From positions 466 to 64,465 of the IMG/VR virus record IMGVR_UViG_3300050821_003608: a stretch of 64,000 nucleotides of DNA, one strand, 5' to 3'. The DNA is from a virus (Duplodnaviria; Caudoviricetes). Shown here piece after piece: positions 19,251-28,249 of the stretch (position 1 is its first letter; every line of letters starts with the position of its first letter). The notes beneath the pieces are model-generated. The model saw nothing but the letters and a program-made list of their open reading frames with translations. It searched no databases and was not told the DNA's origin. A program made the position numbers and the translations under genes.

Positions 19251-20066
19251 CTAGGGAGTCAACTCGGCTTCCTCTTCCCTTTCGTTGTCGTCTCGGTCTT
19301 CCACTACTTCCACCACTTCAAGGTCTTCGTGCGGCATCACTTCCGGCAGGACTGTTCCTTCGACGCTCGCGGGCAGTGCAGGCGTGCCGCGAGCGTCGTT
19401 GAAGCGGTTGACCATTCGCCGGATAGTCGCTTCCGGTGGCGGCGCCGTGACGGACGCGGCCTGCGCGTTCGCCTGCGCCGAGGCGTTCTGAGCGATGGTG
19501 ATGTTGGTCTGCGCTCCTCGGGGAGTGGGCAGGAATCCGGTGGCCTTGTGCAAGGTGGCGCGGTCCTCGGTGCCTTCGTCGGTCAGGGCCATCTCGACGG
19601 TCTTCTGCGTGACGCGCGGATGGCTCACGGCTGCGACGAGCATCGAGGCTTGCGCGCCGAGGCGGACGGCGGTGGCGGTCAGGATTTCGAGAATGCGCAG
19701 AGGCGACACAGCGACGGACAGACAGAATGCTTCGACAGGTAGAATGCGAGCGAGCGTCCGAGGCATCGCGTAGTACACGTCGAGCACCTTGCGCGCTTCA
19801 GGATCGGCGGAAGAGTCGAGATACCAGGGCCACGAGCGAGCGATGTCTGAGCCGGGGCCGTAGGGAGGGACGTGCTCGGTCACACGCTTGATGTCAACCG
19901 CATCGCCATGCTGGCTGACGAGTTTGTGCGTTACCCTCTGCTGTCCTGCACGACGAATCACGGCGGCAATGGCCTTGAGCTGCGGCGTAATCTGTGGCTG
20001 CTTGCGCACGTCTTCGACGCGGACGCCGAGTTTCTCGTAGGCTTCGGCGATGGGCCATGTGGGCAT
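19251..20066 (-). CDS. Possible terminase small subunit
   Basis: Abuts terL; helical with an acidic tail. Function inferred from position only. Confidence 0.45.
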   Translation of the reverse strand: MPTWPIAEAYEKLGVRVEDVRKQPQITPQLKAIAAVIRRAGQQRVTHKLVSQHGDAVDIKRVTEHVPPYGPGSDIARSWPWYLDSSADPEARKVLDVYYAMPRTLARILPVEAFCLSVAVSPLRILEILTATAVRLGAQASMLVAAVSHPRVTQKTVEMALTDEGTEDRATLHKATGFLPTPRGAQTNITIAQNASAQANAQAASVTAPPPEATIRRMVNRFNDARGTPALPASVEGTVLPEVMPHEDLEVVEVVEDRDDNEREEEAELTP

Positions 20067-20321
20067 TTAATCTTGATCCTCGGGGAAGTCCTCGGCGGTG
20101 GCAAGTCCCTGTTCGATGAGGTCGCGGTGGTAGGCGCGATTGGCCTCGCGCACGTCGAGGGAGGAGAAGTCCGTCGTGGACTTAGCGCGAGAACGATGCT
20201 TCTTGTCGTGGTCGGACTGAGCCAAGGACGCGAGGGTGCGCTGGGAATCCGCGATGGATTCGGCTGCGACGACGAGGCGGCGCAGGTAGACGACGACGCG
20301 GAGTTGGAAGATGACGTTCAT
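20067..20321 (-). CDS. Hypothetical protein
   Basis: Translationally coupled ORF in the operon. Confidence 0.6.
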   Translation of the reverse strand: MNVIFQLRVVVYLRRLVVAAESIADSQRTLASLAQSDHDKKHRSRAKSTTDFSSLDVREANRAYHRDLIEQGLATAEDFPEDQD

Positions 20322-20563
20322 GGGATGGGAGAGTATTTGCGCTCGAACACTTCCTTCGGGTTGAGGTAGATGTAGCCGTCGGATTGGATGACCCAGTAGT
20401 CTCCGGGAACGGGACGCATACGCGCAATCATACCGTCACTGGCTCTAACTTCACATCCGTCCTCCAAGGTCAGAGGAATGTAGCCGTGACGCGAATCGTA
20501 CACTCCCACCTCGGCTATTTTCAATGCCTCGACTTCAACTGGGTTGGCTCGGTACTTGGGCAT
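20318..20563 (-). CDS. Conserved small phage protein (KYR..PV.VEA...PGDY...PKEVFE..Y family)
   Basis: Recognisable motif; GAGGAGG RBS. Confidence 0.7.
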   Translation of the reverse strand: MPKYRANPVEVEALKIAEVGVYDSRHGYIPLTLEDGCEVRASDGMIARMRPVPGDYWVIQSDGYIYLNPKEVFERKYSPIP

Positions 20564-21119
20564 GACTCGCCTCCTCTTCTGCTCCTTCGATGACGATGTC
20601 CTGTACCTCGCTCAGAAGATTCCAGTCCACCTTGGCCTGCGCGGTCGTGTCGACGATGGACACGTCCCCCTCGCCCAGTTCAGGGTACGAGCCGGGCGGG
20701 TAGGTGATGGACTCCTGCGCGCGAGTGCCGTCGTTCTGAGGGACGAGGCACGGGATGGGCATGTCGTTGCGCAGGCGCTCGGCGTTGCCGGAATCGACCT
20801 TGCGCGTCAGGGTCGTGGCACCGACTTCGCCTCCACGCTCCGCGTTTAGCAGGGGCGGGGCTTCGATGGACAGACGCGAGGGTTGGGACGCGATTTCGGT
20901 CGGCGTCGCCGGCTTCGACGACAGGGATACGGACGACTCCGGGTAGAAGGGATTGTCCATGTGCAGCTTGAGGGAGATGGAGTAGGCCACGCGCGGGAAG
21001 GCTACGTTCGGTTGCAACATGCACTCGTTGTCGAGAAGCCGCTGGCAGTCGGCGAGGATGATCTTCTTGAGTTCGTCCCCGTTGAGCGGGAGGTTCAGGA
21101 TTTGTTCGTGTCCGGGCAT
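20535..21119 (-). CDS. Hypothetical protein
   Basis: Likely start MPGHEQ at 21119 after AGGAGG. Confidence 0.65.
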   Translation of the reverse strand: MPGHEQILNLPLNGDELKKIILADCQRLLDNECMLQPNVAFPRVAYSISLKLHMDNPFYPESSVSLSSKPATPTEIASQPSRLSIEAPPLLNAERGGEVGATTLTRKVDSGNAERLRNDMPIPCLVPQNDGTRAQESITYPPGSYPELGEGDVSIVDTTAQAKVDWNLLSEVQDIVIEGAEEEASHAQVPSQPS

Positions 21120-21328
21120 CACGCCTCCTGATTCTCTGACTTGTTGGCCATCGCTTTCTTTGCGAAGAAGCAAGCCTCTTCTAGTTTCGTCTTGACGATG
21201 GACAACTCACGTCCTGCTCCACACTCTCCTTCCAGAAAGGTGAGTAGGCCATCGAAGGCATTTGCGATAGCCTTCGCGCTGTTCTTTCCCTGCTCGTTCA
21301 ACATGTGCACTTGGAATAATGTATCCAT
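21119..21328 (-). CDS. Acb2/Tad1-like helical hairpin protein (putative anti-defence sponge)
   Basis: GRELSIVKTKLEEACFFAKKAMA motif. Confidence 0.65.
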   Translation of the reverse strand: MDTLFQVHMLNEQGKNSAKAIANAFDGLLTFLEGECGAGRELSIVKTKLEEACFFAKKAMANKSENQEA

Positions 21329-21702
21329 TAGGACCGCCCTCCTTGGGCGGGATACTTCTTCGATTTCGTTGTGGGCGTCTTCATTCTACATCGCCTGCGC
21401 TCGATCGCGGCACGCAGGAGAAAGTTGAACCTCGCGTCATCGATAGTCGGATCGTCGAGGCCATGCTCGCGGAGAACGTCCCACTGGATGCCTGCGAGAA
21501 GGATGTTGATTAGTCTGGAGCGGTGACGAGTGCGGAACAGGTACAGATGGTTCGCGGGGTCCGAGTGTCGTCGCGCCTCGACAGTGCAGTATGGGAGCCA
21601 CTCGCGCCAGCGACGCTCGATGTAGTTCTCGCGCTTCGGCGGGAGCATGGGCGGAGCGGGCTGGCTGACGAGGGACTGGATGTCGCTTCGGGTGGTGGCC
21701 AT
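21328..21702 (-). CDS. Hypothetical protein
   Basis: AAGGAG RBS; coupled to the next gene. Confidence 0.6.
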   Translation of the reverse strand: MATTRSDIQSLVSQPAPPMLPPKRENYIERRWREWLPYCTVEARRHSDPANHLYLFRTRHRSRLINILLAGIQWDVLREHGLDDPTIDDARFNFLLRAAIERRRCRMKTPTTKSKKYPAQGGRS

Positions 21703-21723
21703 GGAAGTTATTTCTCCTTCGAC

Positions 21724-22140
21724 TCAGCGATGGACGACCGCGACGTGCGACATGTCGACGTGGGTCGTCTTGTCCTTGCGCCATTCCACGATGCCGTGGC
21801 CTAGCTGGAGGCAGCTTCCACCGTAGCTGATGGCTGCGCCTGACTTGCCGCCAATCTTCTCCGAGATGGGAATCATCAGGAAGTTCGCGCCGGTGTAGAC
21901 GCCGAAGATGGCCCACGACTCGCCATACTTGCCGTCACAACGTTCGACTCCGCCTGTGCGGCAGTGGTGCAGGCCAGCGGCGCCGACGCCGGCGGACACG
22001 CCCGCGTAGAGCAGCTTGGTCGCGACGGGATGACGGAGGAACCAGTCGAGCGGATTCGCCAAGGTCGTGGTCGATAGGCCCATCAGGACTAGAGTCGCTA
22101 TCGTCACTCTAATTGTCGTTGCCACGTTCGGCCTCCTCAT
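21724..22140 (-). CDS. Exported/membrane protein
   Basis: Signal-like N-terminus, hydrophobic helices, one Cys pair. Confidence 0.6.
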   Translation of the reverse strand: MRRPNVATTIRVTIATLVLMGLSTTTLANPLDWFLRHPVATKLLYAGVSAGVGAAGLHHCRTGGVERCDGKYGESWAIFGVYTGANFLMIPISEKIGGKSGAAISYGGSCLQLGHGIVEWRKDKTTHVDMSHVAVVHR

Positions 22141-22972
22141 ACGCGGACTGCTCGTCCACCGTCGAAGTCGATTCCACTTTCACCTGGTCCGAGCGAACCC
22201 ATTCGTTGCCCACGCGCACGTAGTCCACGCTAGGGTCGGCGGTGTCGGGCTCGATGGGCGGATGGTCGCCGCGGAACGAGACGCCGACGGGGATGCGGTT
22301 GGCTTCCTCGACGACGGCCTCGACCTGTGCGAGCTGGTCGTCGGCCATCACAGGAAGTTCGGTGATGCTGCCGTCGTCGTTTATCTTCACGGGCACTCCA
22401 TCGTCGGGCTCGGCTATCGGCGGGGGCGAGGGCGGGGCCGACACTGTTCGTTCCGGCTGTGGCTCCTCCCTCGGTGCCGACGCAAACCGCACGCTCTCAG
22501 AGGGGACCATCCTCGTCGTCGTGGGGACTTCCAGCCTCGGTGGCGGCGCCATCGTCACTACGTCCTCCAGCCGCGGGGGCGGAGCGATAAGCGTCGAGGC
22601 TGCCTCGGTCTGCGGCGGACGCGCATGTAGTCGTGGCCTCCCGACCGGACGCTTGGGTATCCCCAGCCGCTTCCGCCTTCTCTCGGCTGAGGTGGCCCAG
22701 TTCGGATTCGGCGGATCCTCCGGCCGTCTCGCGTTCGAGTGCATCGGCAGCCGATTCCATCCCGCCGACCCGCAGCGCGGACAGGCGGTGGGCGGCCTCC
22801 CAACCGTCAATCCCTTCCACGTGTGTCCGCAGCGAGTGCACGGTCCCCACGTCGGGCGGTCGGACTTGTCCGACTGGAGCCGCGCGAGGAGGATGGAGAT
22901 TTCCGTGTCAATGTCGTGGCGCTGGCGGCGCAGGATGACGAGCCGCTGGATGTCCTCCTCGACCTGGGCCAT
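22109..22972 (-). CDS. Zinc-ribbon and AT-hook protein, putative regulator
   Basis: CTRCGHTW...CPRCGSAGWN and PVGRPR, then a Pro-rich/acidic tail. Start uncertain. Confidence 0.6.
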   Translation of the reverse strand: MAQVEEDIQRLVILRRQRHDIDTEISILLARLQSDKSDRPTWGPCTRCGHTWKGLTVGRPPTACPRCGSAGWNRLPMHSNARRPEDPPNPNWATSAERRRKRLGIPKRPVGRPRLHARPPQTEAASTLIAPPPRLEDVVTMAPPPRLEVPTTTRMVPSESVRFASAPREEPQPERTVSAPPSPPPIAEPDDGVPVKINDDGSITELPVMADDQLAQVEAVVEEANRIPVGVSFRGDHPPIEPDTADPSVDYVRVGNEWVRSDQVKVESTSTVDEQSAYEEAERGNDN

Positions 22973-23022
22973 GGTTGAGCCGGGTGGGGGAGGTGGGAGG
23001 GTTTCGGTTGTGGATTGGTCGA

Positions 23023-23337
23023 TCACAGGGCGCGGATGAACTCTCCCTGCTTGCCCCCGAGCTTGGCAATCCACGTGTCCCAGCGGCGGTCCCCTGTCGG
23101 CGAGGGACTGGCTGATGGGGAAGGCTCCGTCGTGTCTCCGCTGAGGACCGCGCGGAATCCCGAAAACAGAGAGCCCACTTTCTGCATGAAGGCTTCGTGT
23201 TCGCGTTGAAGCTGGCCCAAGTCCGCGCGCAACTCCCTTACTTCTTCGCGCAACTCCGCCAGTTCGTCCACGGACTCGGCCACATGAGCCGAGGAGGAGG
23301 AGGGAGAATCAGTGAGCAGATGCGGACGCGTAGTCAC
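23023..23337 (-). CDS. Coiled-coil hypothetical protein
   Basis: Heptad pattern; ORF in operon. Confidence 0.55.
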   Translation of the reverse strand: MTTRPHLLTDSPSSSSAHVAESVDELAELREEVRELRADLGQLQREHEAFMQKVGSLFSGFRAVLSGDTTEPSPSASPSPTGDRRWDTWIAKLGGKQGEFIRAL

Positions 23338-23983
23338 GCTCGCCCTTCCCTTCCGTCAGTGCCGCGACGAACCCTTCCATCGCGCGTTCGAGGATCATCG
23401 GCGCGCCGCAGTTCTCCAAGCCACGGAGATAGACCAAGGCCATCTGCACTGCGCGCATGTTCAGCCGAACCTCGTTGAAGGTGTCGATGGCGATGACGCA
23501 CTGATAGTTCGCGCCGGTCTTGCGGGCGATGAAGTCCAGAGCCCGCTTCCTGGCTTCGTCGTAGCGCATGTAGATGTTGATGTCCCCCGTGCGCGGGTTG
23601 TCCGGGTGGTACTGGGGGTGGTACTGGGCCGCGAGGCGCTTGAATGCGTCCCCGATGTCCCGCTCAGACGGCGACGGGGACGAGATGTGCAACGTCTCCT
23701 GCCACGAATAGTCGTCCGGCCGTTCCCGCGAGAACCACACCGCGACTCCAGTGTCGGCTGGCGAGGGCACGTCCGCGAACTTCTCCCCGCTCGGGGGGAT
23801 GTTGCAGGAGATGACGTAGCTCAGGACTTTCGAGCGCGTCAATTCCTTGCGCAGCTTCCCTACCGACTGGAGCAGGGTATCCTTCCACGCCTTCCGGTCC
23901 TTGAGATCGCGCAGGAGTGTCCGCGGCCAGCCATCCGGCCATGCCAAGGGGTAGGCTTCCTTCATCGTCGTTGTCGTAGTCAT
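23309..23983 (-). CDS. Phage J-domain (DnaJ-like) protein
   Basis: AYPLAWPDGWPRT N-terminus, DTGVAVWF, AFKRLAAQYHPQYHPD. Confidence 0.75.
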   Translation of the reverse strand: MTTTTTMKEAYPLAWPDGWPRTLLRDLKDRKAWKDTLLQSVGKLRKELTRSKVLSYVISCNIPPSGEKFADVPSPADTGVAVWFSRERPDDYSWQETLHISSPSPSERDIGDAFKRLAAQYHPQYHPDNPRTGDINIYMRYDEARKRALDFIARKTGANYQCVIAIDTFNEVRLNMRAVQMALVYLRGLENCGAPMILERAMEGFVAALTEGKGERDYASASAH

Positions 23984-24476
23984 AGTCGTGTGCTTCCCTC
24001 CACGCCCCAACCCTATCCTACTAGCGGAATGCTTGTCAAGGGAAATCTACACAGTGTTCGTAATGGTAGGTAAGTACATGAAAATAAAAATGATAAAAAT
24101 AGCCCTCGTAGTGTGGAAACACGGACCCGTTTCCCCTCTTCCCTATCCCGGACAACTCGGGCGACCGGGACTATGACAAGGCCGGCGTCGATCGGGACTG
24201 CCACGTCCAGGCGGCCGGCGAGGTCACAATGTTACGCGTCGAGGTAACGTGTGGGGAGTCGCGTCCCGTCCCACGTGGTAGGCGTCGACAGAGGCGGAGA
24301 CAAGGACAACGGACTAGACATGGCCATAGACGTGCTAGGCGCGCTGGGCAGGACATTAAATGGACACCATTCTCATCTCCCTCCCATAATACCGTATTAC
24401 GGTAATACCGTCATACCGTCATACGCTACAGAATACCATATCCTCAAACTATTTTGCCTTGCGTGTCGGATTTTAC

Positions 24477-24505
24477 TTGACAAGTGTTTGAGACTTTGCT
24501 AGAGT
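24477..24505 (+). promoter_or_regulatory. Sigma70-type early promoter
   Basis: TTGACA-17 nt-TAGAGT with extended -10 TG, upstream of the first rightward gene. Confidence 0.7.
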
Positions 24506-24535
24506 TTGAGTGTGGGACGGGAGACCACACTCGCC

Positions 24536-24976
24536 ATGCCCTACGTAGCAATGCAACGCCTCGCAGTTCAGGGAGTTTACGCGCTATTTGAGCAAGCTAT
24601 CGCGCACAAGCTCCAGTATCCCAAGATTAGACTCCAAACCGTCACGCAGACACCCGTTGTGCTGTCACGCGCTGGGAAGATGTCCAAGTACACTGGACAG
24701 ATTATGGTGACGGATGGCGGACCATTCGGCGCTAACCGTTATTTCGGACGCATTGACCTTGACGGAGTGTTCCACGCGACGGACTCCGCTGACGTGCCAG
24801 TGTTTCACTTGTTGCAACGCCTGAGCGAAAACCCGGCGGATGTTGCCAGCGAGTATGGCAAGCTGACGGGTAATTGCTGTTTCTGCCAGCTTGGATTGAA
24901 GGACGCAAGGTCAACGGCGGTTGGATACGGTCCAGTGTGCGCGGACCATTTCGGATTGCCTTGGGGAACACACTGA
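24536..24976 (+). CDS. DUF6011-like zinc-finger protein
   Basis: CCFCQLGLKDARSTAVGYGPVCA. Confidence 0.75.
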   Translation: MPYVAMQRLAVQGVYALFEQAIAHKLQYPKIRLQTVTQTPVVLSRAGKMSKYTGQIMVTDGGPFGANRYFGRIDLDGVFHATDSADVPVFHLLQRLSENPADVASEYGKLTGNCCFCQLGLKDARSTAVGYGPVCADHFGLPWGTH

Positions 24977-25048
24977 CATGACCAAACTCCAATTGCAACG
25001 AATCGCGCGGGAACGCGCCAAGTCAATCCGCGCGGCACGGTTAGGCCA

Positions 25049-25261
25049 ATGAAACTCAACGTCACCATTGGTGGAAGCCATCGCAAGTTTAACCGTCAGA
25101 TGGACGCGCTACAGCCATTCGCGGATGGACTGCCACTGCGCACGCGCTTGTACGGCAAGTTGTTCACCTTGACCATTACCGATTCGCCGGAAGCGCGGGA
25201 GACTATGAAGCGCGTTGGCGCTACGGTGTCGCGTTGGCAACCGGATTGGCTCAACGAGTAG
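25049..25261 (+). CDS. Hypothetical early protein
   Basis: ORF in the early cluster. Confidence 0.5.
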   Translation: MKLNVTIGGSHRKFNRQMDALQPFADGLPLRTRLYGKLFTLTITDSPEARETMKRVGATVSRWQPDWLNE

Positions 25262-25331
25262 CATGGCTCCAGTCTCGCGTCTCCCCTGGGGGACGCGGGG
25301 AAGTGGCCAGCACAGTGAGAGGGAGGACAAT

Positions 25332-25652
25332 ATGAACGCGTACATCTATCAAGCTGACATTTATTGCGTGGATTGTGGCGAGGCAATCAAGCGAAGGGTG
25401 GAGCGCGACACGCCCGCGAATGTACCAGCGAATCCCAACGATGAACGGACGTTCGACTCTGACGATTATCCCAAGGGACCGTACACGGACGGTGGAGGGG
25501 AAGCGGATTGTCCTCAACATTGCGGTATGTGCCGTGTTCACCTTGAGAATCCGCTAACACGCGACGGCGAACAGTACGTATTACGGGCAATCAATTCGGA
25601 ATGTTGCACCATTCCAGAATGGCGGGAGTATTACTCGTATTTGTTCGCCTAG
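25332..25652 (+). CDS. Early protein with two CxxC motifs
   Basis: GGAGG RBS; YCVDCG and HCGMC. Confidence 0.7.
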   Translation: MNAYIYQADIYCVDCGEAIKRRVERDTPANVPANPNDERTFDSDDYPKGPYTDGGGEADCPQHCGMCRVHLENPLTRDGEQYVLRAINSECCTIPEWREYYSYLFA

Positions 25653-25721
25653 CCACAGTCTCAAGCCCATTCAAACGCGCGTGGGCTTGGGGAAGTGACT
25701 AGGTTAGGGGAGGGTGACACC

Positions 25722-25982
25722 ATGAACTATATTGTGGGCAGTAACGCGGATCGTTTCTTCACGGAGTACCGCAAGCAATTGGAAAATGCCTTGCGTGATT
25801 ATCCTCAAGAGTACGCGTTTCCGGCCAGTGAATTGCCGAACGTGTTCGAGCGGATGCGCGTCGCGATCGAGAATGGCAGTGCGAACAAGGACAGCCGCGC
25901 GATCAAGGCGACATGCAAGATGTTGGGGATTAAGCACACCTACACGGCGATTCGCGAATACCTCGCGACGGTGCCAGCATGA
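25722..25982 (+). CDS. Hypothetical early protein
   Basis: GGAGG RBS; AIKATCKMLGIKHTY. Confidence 0.7.
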   Translation: MNYIVGSNADRFFTEYRKQLENALRDYPQEYAFPASELPNVFERMRVAIENGSANKDSRAIKATCKMLGIKHTYTAIREYLATVPA

Positions 25983-26182
25983 CCGCGCGTGGGGAGATCG
26001 TAACGCTCGGCGCAACGTCGCACGGTCCCGCGTGGGACGCCAACACGTTCCGGGTGGTCGTACTTGAAGACAGGCCGGACGCGCTGATTGCCGTGAGTGA
26101 ACGTAGGTACTTCGAGACTCACGGCGAAGCGGTCAAAACTCCGGGGATATTCCCCAAGTTTGCGTGGGAGGTCCGCCAATGA
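25979..26182 (+). CDS. Hypothetical early protein
   Basis: ATGA-coupled. Confidence 0.55.
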   Translation: MTARGEIVTLGATSHGPAWDANTFRVVVLEDRPDALIAVSERRYFETHGEAVKTPGIFPKFAWEVRQ

Positions 26183-26397
26183 CCCGCACCGTCACCATAC
26201 CCGCTATCAATCGCACCGTCAGTCTCGCGGCCTACGTCAAGGCGATCAAGCTGGCACTGGCGAATCCCGACATGGAGTTTACTCACGGGCTCACTACCTG
26301 GTGGCCGACCAAGGGGAGTGAGATTGTCGAGCAGTTCCGCGACGGCATGCACGACCGGATTAGTCAAGGGGTGCCGTACAGTCAACGAGGGTTGTAG
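26179..26397 (+). CDS. Hypothetical early protein
   Basis: GGAGG RBS, ATGA-coupled. Confidence 0.65.
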   Translation: MTRTVTIPAINRTVSLAAYVKAIKLALANPDMEFTHGLTTWWPTKGSEIVEQFRDGMHDRISQGVPYSQRGL

Positions 26398-26461
26398 TCG
26401 TAGTGGGAGGGACCGTACCACGCAACGGGGAATGCGCGCGCGCCAATGGAAAGGAATACAA

Positions 26462-27148
26462 ATGGGAACGGTATCAGATGAACAACGATTCCGAGACATC
26501 CTCGCTGTACTAGCTGTGGACTCTGAGAAGTTTTGGGCCAATGGCAAGGTCATGCAAGCCGAATATGAAGCCGAATTGGCTGCTGACTATCACACGCGAT
26601 TCCCACGACGTAAGTACGTGGCTTCTAAGTTTGACGAATGCCCAAACGGAGCAACGATAACGGCGAAGTGGAAAGCCGAAGTAGACAAGGTGTGTGCTGC
26701 CCACGACGATACAAAGAAAGAACGGAAAGCCGAATTGGATAAGATAGCTGAGGCATTGGAAGTTTGGATTACACCCGAACTGAACCTAGTCCACACAGTT
26801 CATGCTTCAACGTACGCTTCCCAAGGATTCGGGTGTGAGAAGTACACACGACAACGCGCTGAGAGTTACGCTGACACAGCACGATTCAACAATCTTACCG
26901 CCGAGGTCCGGCCTGTAGGTGAACGATGTTCCGGTTCCTATGGTATGTCGTTTCAGGATTACGGGGTTTTTGTCAACACCGATTCAGTAGGCTGGGAGTT
27001 GGTGCAGCGCAAACCAAGCCAAACTATAAAGGAATGGCTAAAGTCTTGTTGGAAGCGTGGAGTCAATCCGCGAGTCTACAATCCATTCCTACCATACGGC
27101 CTAGAGGAAAAGATGGGGCTGGATTATTTCGGAGGCGAGGCGGTGTAG
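26462..27148 (+). CDS. Hypothetical early protein
   Basis: AAGGA RBS before MGTVSDEQ; lower GC. Confidence 0.65.
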   Translation: MGTVSDEQRFRDILAVLAVDSEKFWANGKVMQAEYEAELAADYHTRFPRRKYVASKFDECPNGATITAKWKAEVDKVCAAHDDTKKERKAELDKIAEALEVWITPELNLVHTVHASTYASQGFGCEKYTRQRAESYADTARFNNLTAEVRPVGERCSGSYGMSFQDYGVFVNTDSVGWELVQRKPSQTIKEWLKSCWKRGVNPRVYNPFLPYGLEEKMGLDYFGGEAV

Positions 27149-27214
27149 GGAGCGTAACCCCGCACGCGGAAGCGGGGACAGTCCGGGCAGGACTATAAAC
27201 ACGGAGGCAAGGGT

Positions 27215-27538
27215 ATGGCAGTCACATCGAAAGAGAAAATGGAGTTCGCCTACGCAATGGCGAGGCACAGCACGGTCACACAGCACGAGTGCTTGCGATT
27301 GCTCAGGCTAGCCGCGACGGTACAACGGCTGGCCACGGAAGCGTGCAACCGAGAATTGACCGAGCGCGAGGTGCGGAAGGACGAGAAGGTCCAGATGGAC
27401 ATTATCGCTATTCTCGCGCCGCACGATTGCGAGGCCAAGTTCCAGGGCGATCCGCGAGGGTGCTGCGTCAAGGTCAAGGTTCCAGACGGCTACACAAACG
27501 ACTGGGGACGGGAGGGGATATGCGTGCCGACAAGCTAA
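27215..27538 (+). CDS. Conserved phage early protein (GDPRG motif)
   Basis: GGAGG RBS; ACN...QGDPRGCCVKV. Confidence 0.7.
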   Translation: MAVTSKEKMEFAYAMARHSTVTQHECLRLLRLAATVQRLATEACNRELTEREVRKDEKVQMDIIAILAPHDCEAKFQGDPRGCCVKVKVPDGYTNDWGREGICVPTS

Positions 27539-27650
27539 CGGAGGTGAACATGCACGAGGCCAGCAGCACAAAGCCTCGTTGACCATCAGGACACGTCCCC
27601 TCGATTGTTCTCCCAAGTATGAGGGGACGTGGCCGGAGGATCAAAGGGAC

Positions 27651-28127
27651 ATGCTGACACACTCTCAACAGGTCGCCGTGAACGCGGCGAAGTTTCTGGT
27701 CAAGGTCGCAGTCACGGCTATTGTGCTGTGGATTGTGATGGTGCTGTTTCTCAGTCTCCCGGCGAGGGGGCAGGAACTACCAAAGGCGCCCGTCGCCAAG
27801 GTCAAGGTCGGGATCGTCGAAAAAGTGGAACTGTTCACCTTGGCCGGGAGCGCAGCCGCCGACTATGGAAGCACCGAGGGGATGCTCGGCCGGGGCTGGA
27901 AGGAATTGAACCCGGCGTTCGGGCCGCATCCGAGCCACGCGAGGCTCTGGGGGGTGGGCGCGGCGATTACGAGCGCGCAGGGTGGGGTGCTGCACTACAC
28001 GGAACAGTCGAGGCATGCGTGGGTGCGGTGGCTGGGACGCGCGGGCTGGCTCTACGTCACGGAGGAGCATGTCCGGTTCACGATTCACAATCGAGGGCTA
28101 GGCAGGCCGAGGGGGAGGGTGCAATGA
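27651..28127 (+). CDS. Membrane/exported protein (AD..ST...ELNP motif)
   Basis: TM helix, then ADYGSTE..GWKELNPAFG. Confidence 0.6.
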   Translation: MLTHSQQVAVNAAKFLVKVAVTAIVLWIVMVLFLSLPARGQELPKAPVAKVKVGIVEKVELFTLAGSAAADYGSTEGMLGRGWKELNPAFGPHPSHARLWGVGAAITSAQGGVLHYTEQSRHAWVRWLGRAGWLYVTEEHVRFTIHNRGLGRPRGRVQ

Positions 28128-28249
28128 CACTCGCGGAAGCCTATTGGACAGGCATGATAGTCGGGGGGTGTGTGATGGCCACGCTCGGGTGGTTGGGGTG
28201 GTGGCTTGGGCAGCGACCGTGGCGACAGCCACAGAGGAGGGGATTATGA
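28124..28249 (+). CDS. Small membrane protein
   Basis: MTLAEAYWTGMIVGG...; ATGA-coupled on both sides. Confidence 0.5.
   Translation: MTLAEAYWTGMIVGGCVMATLGWLGWWLGQRPWRQPQRRGL

Noticed and set aside
24171-24380. Short ORFs in the divergence region
   Set aside because: No consistent RBS, codon bias or motifs; treated as non-coding.
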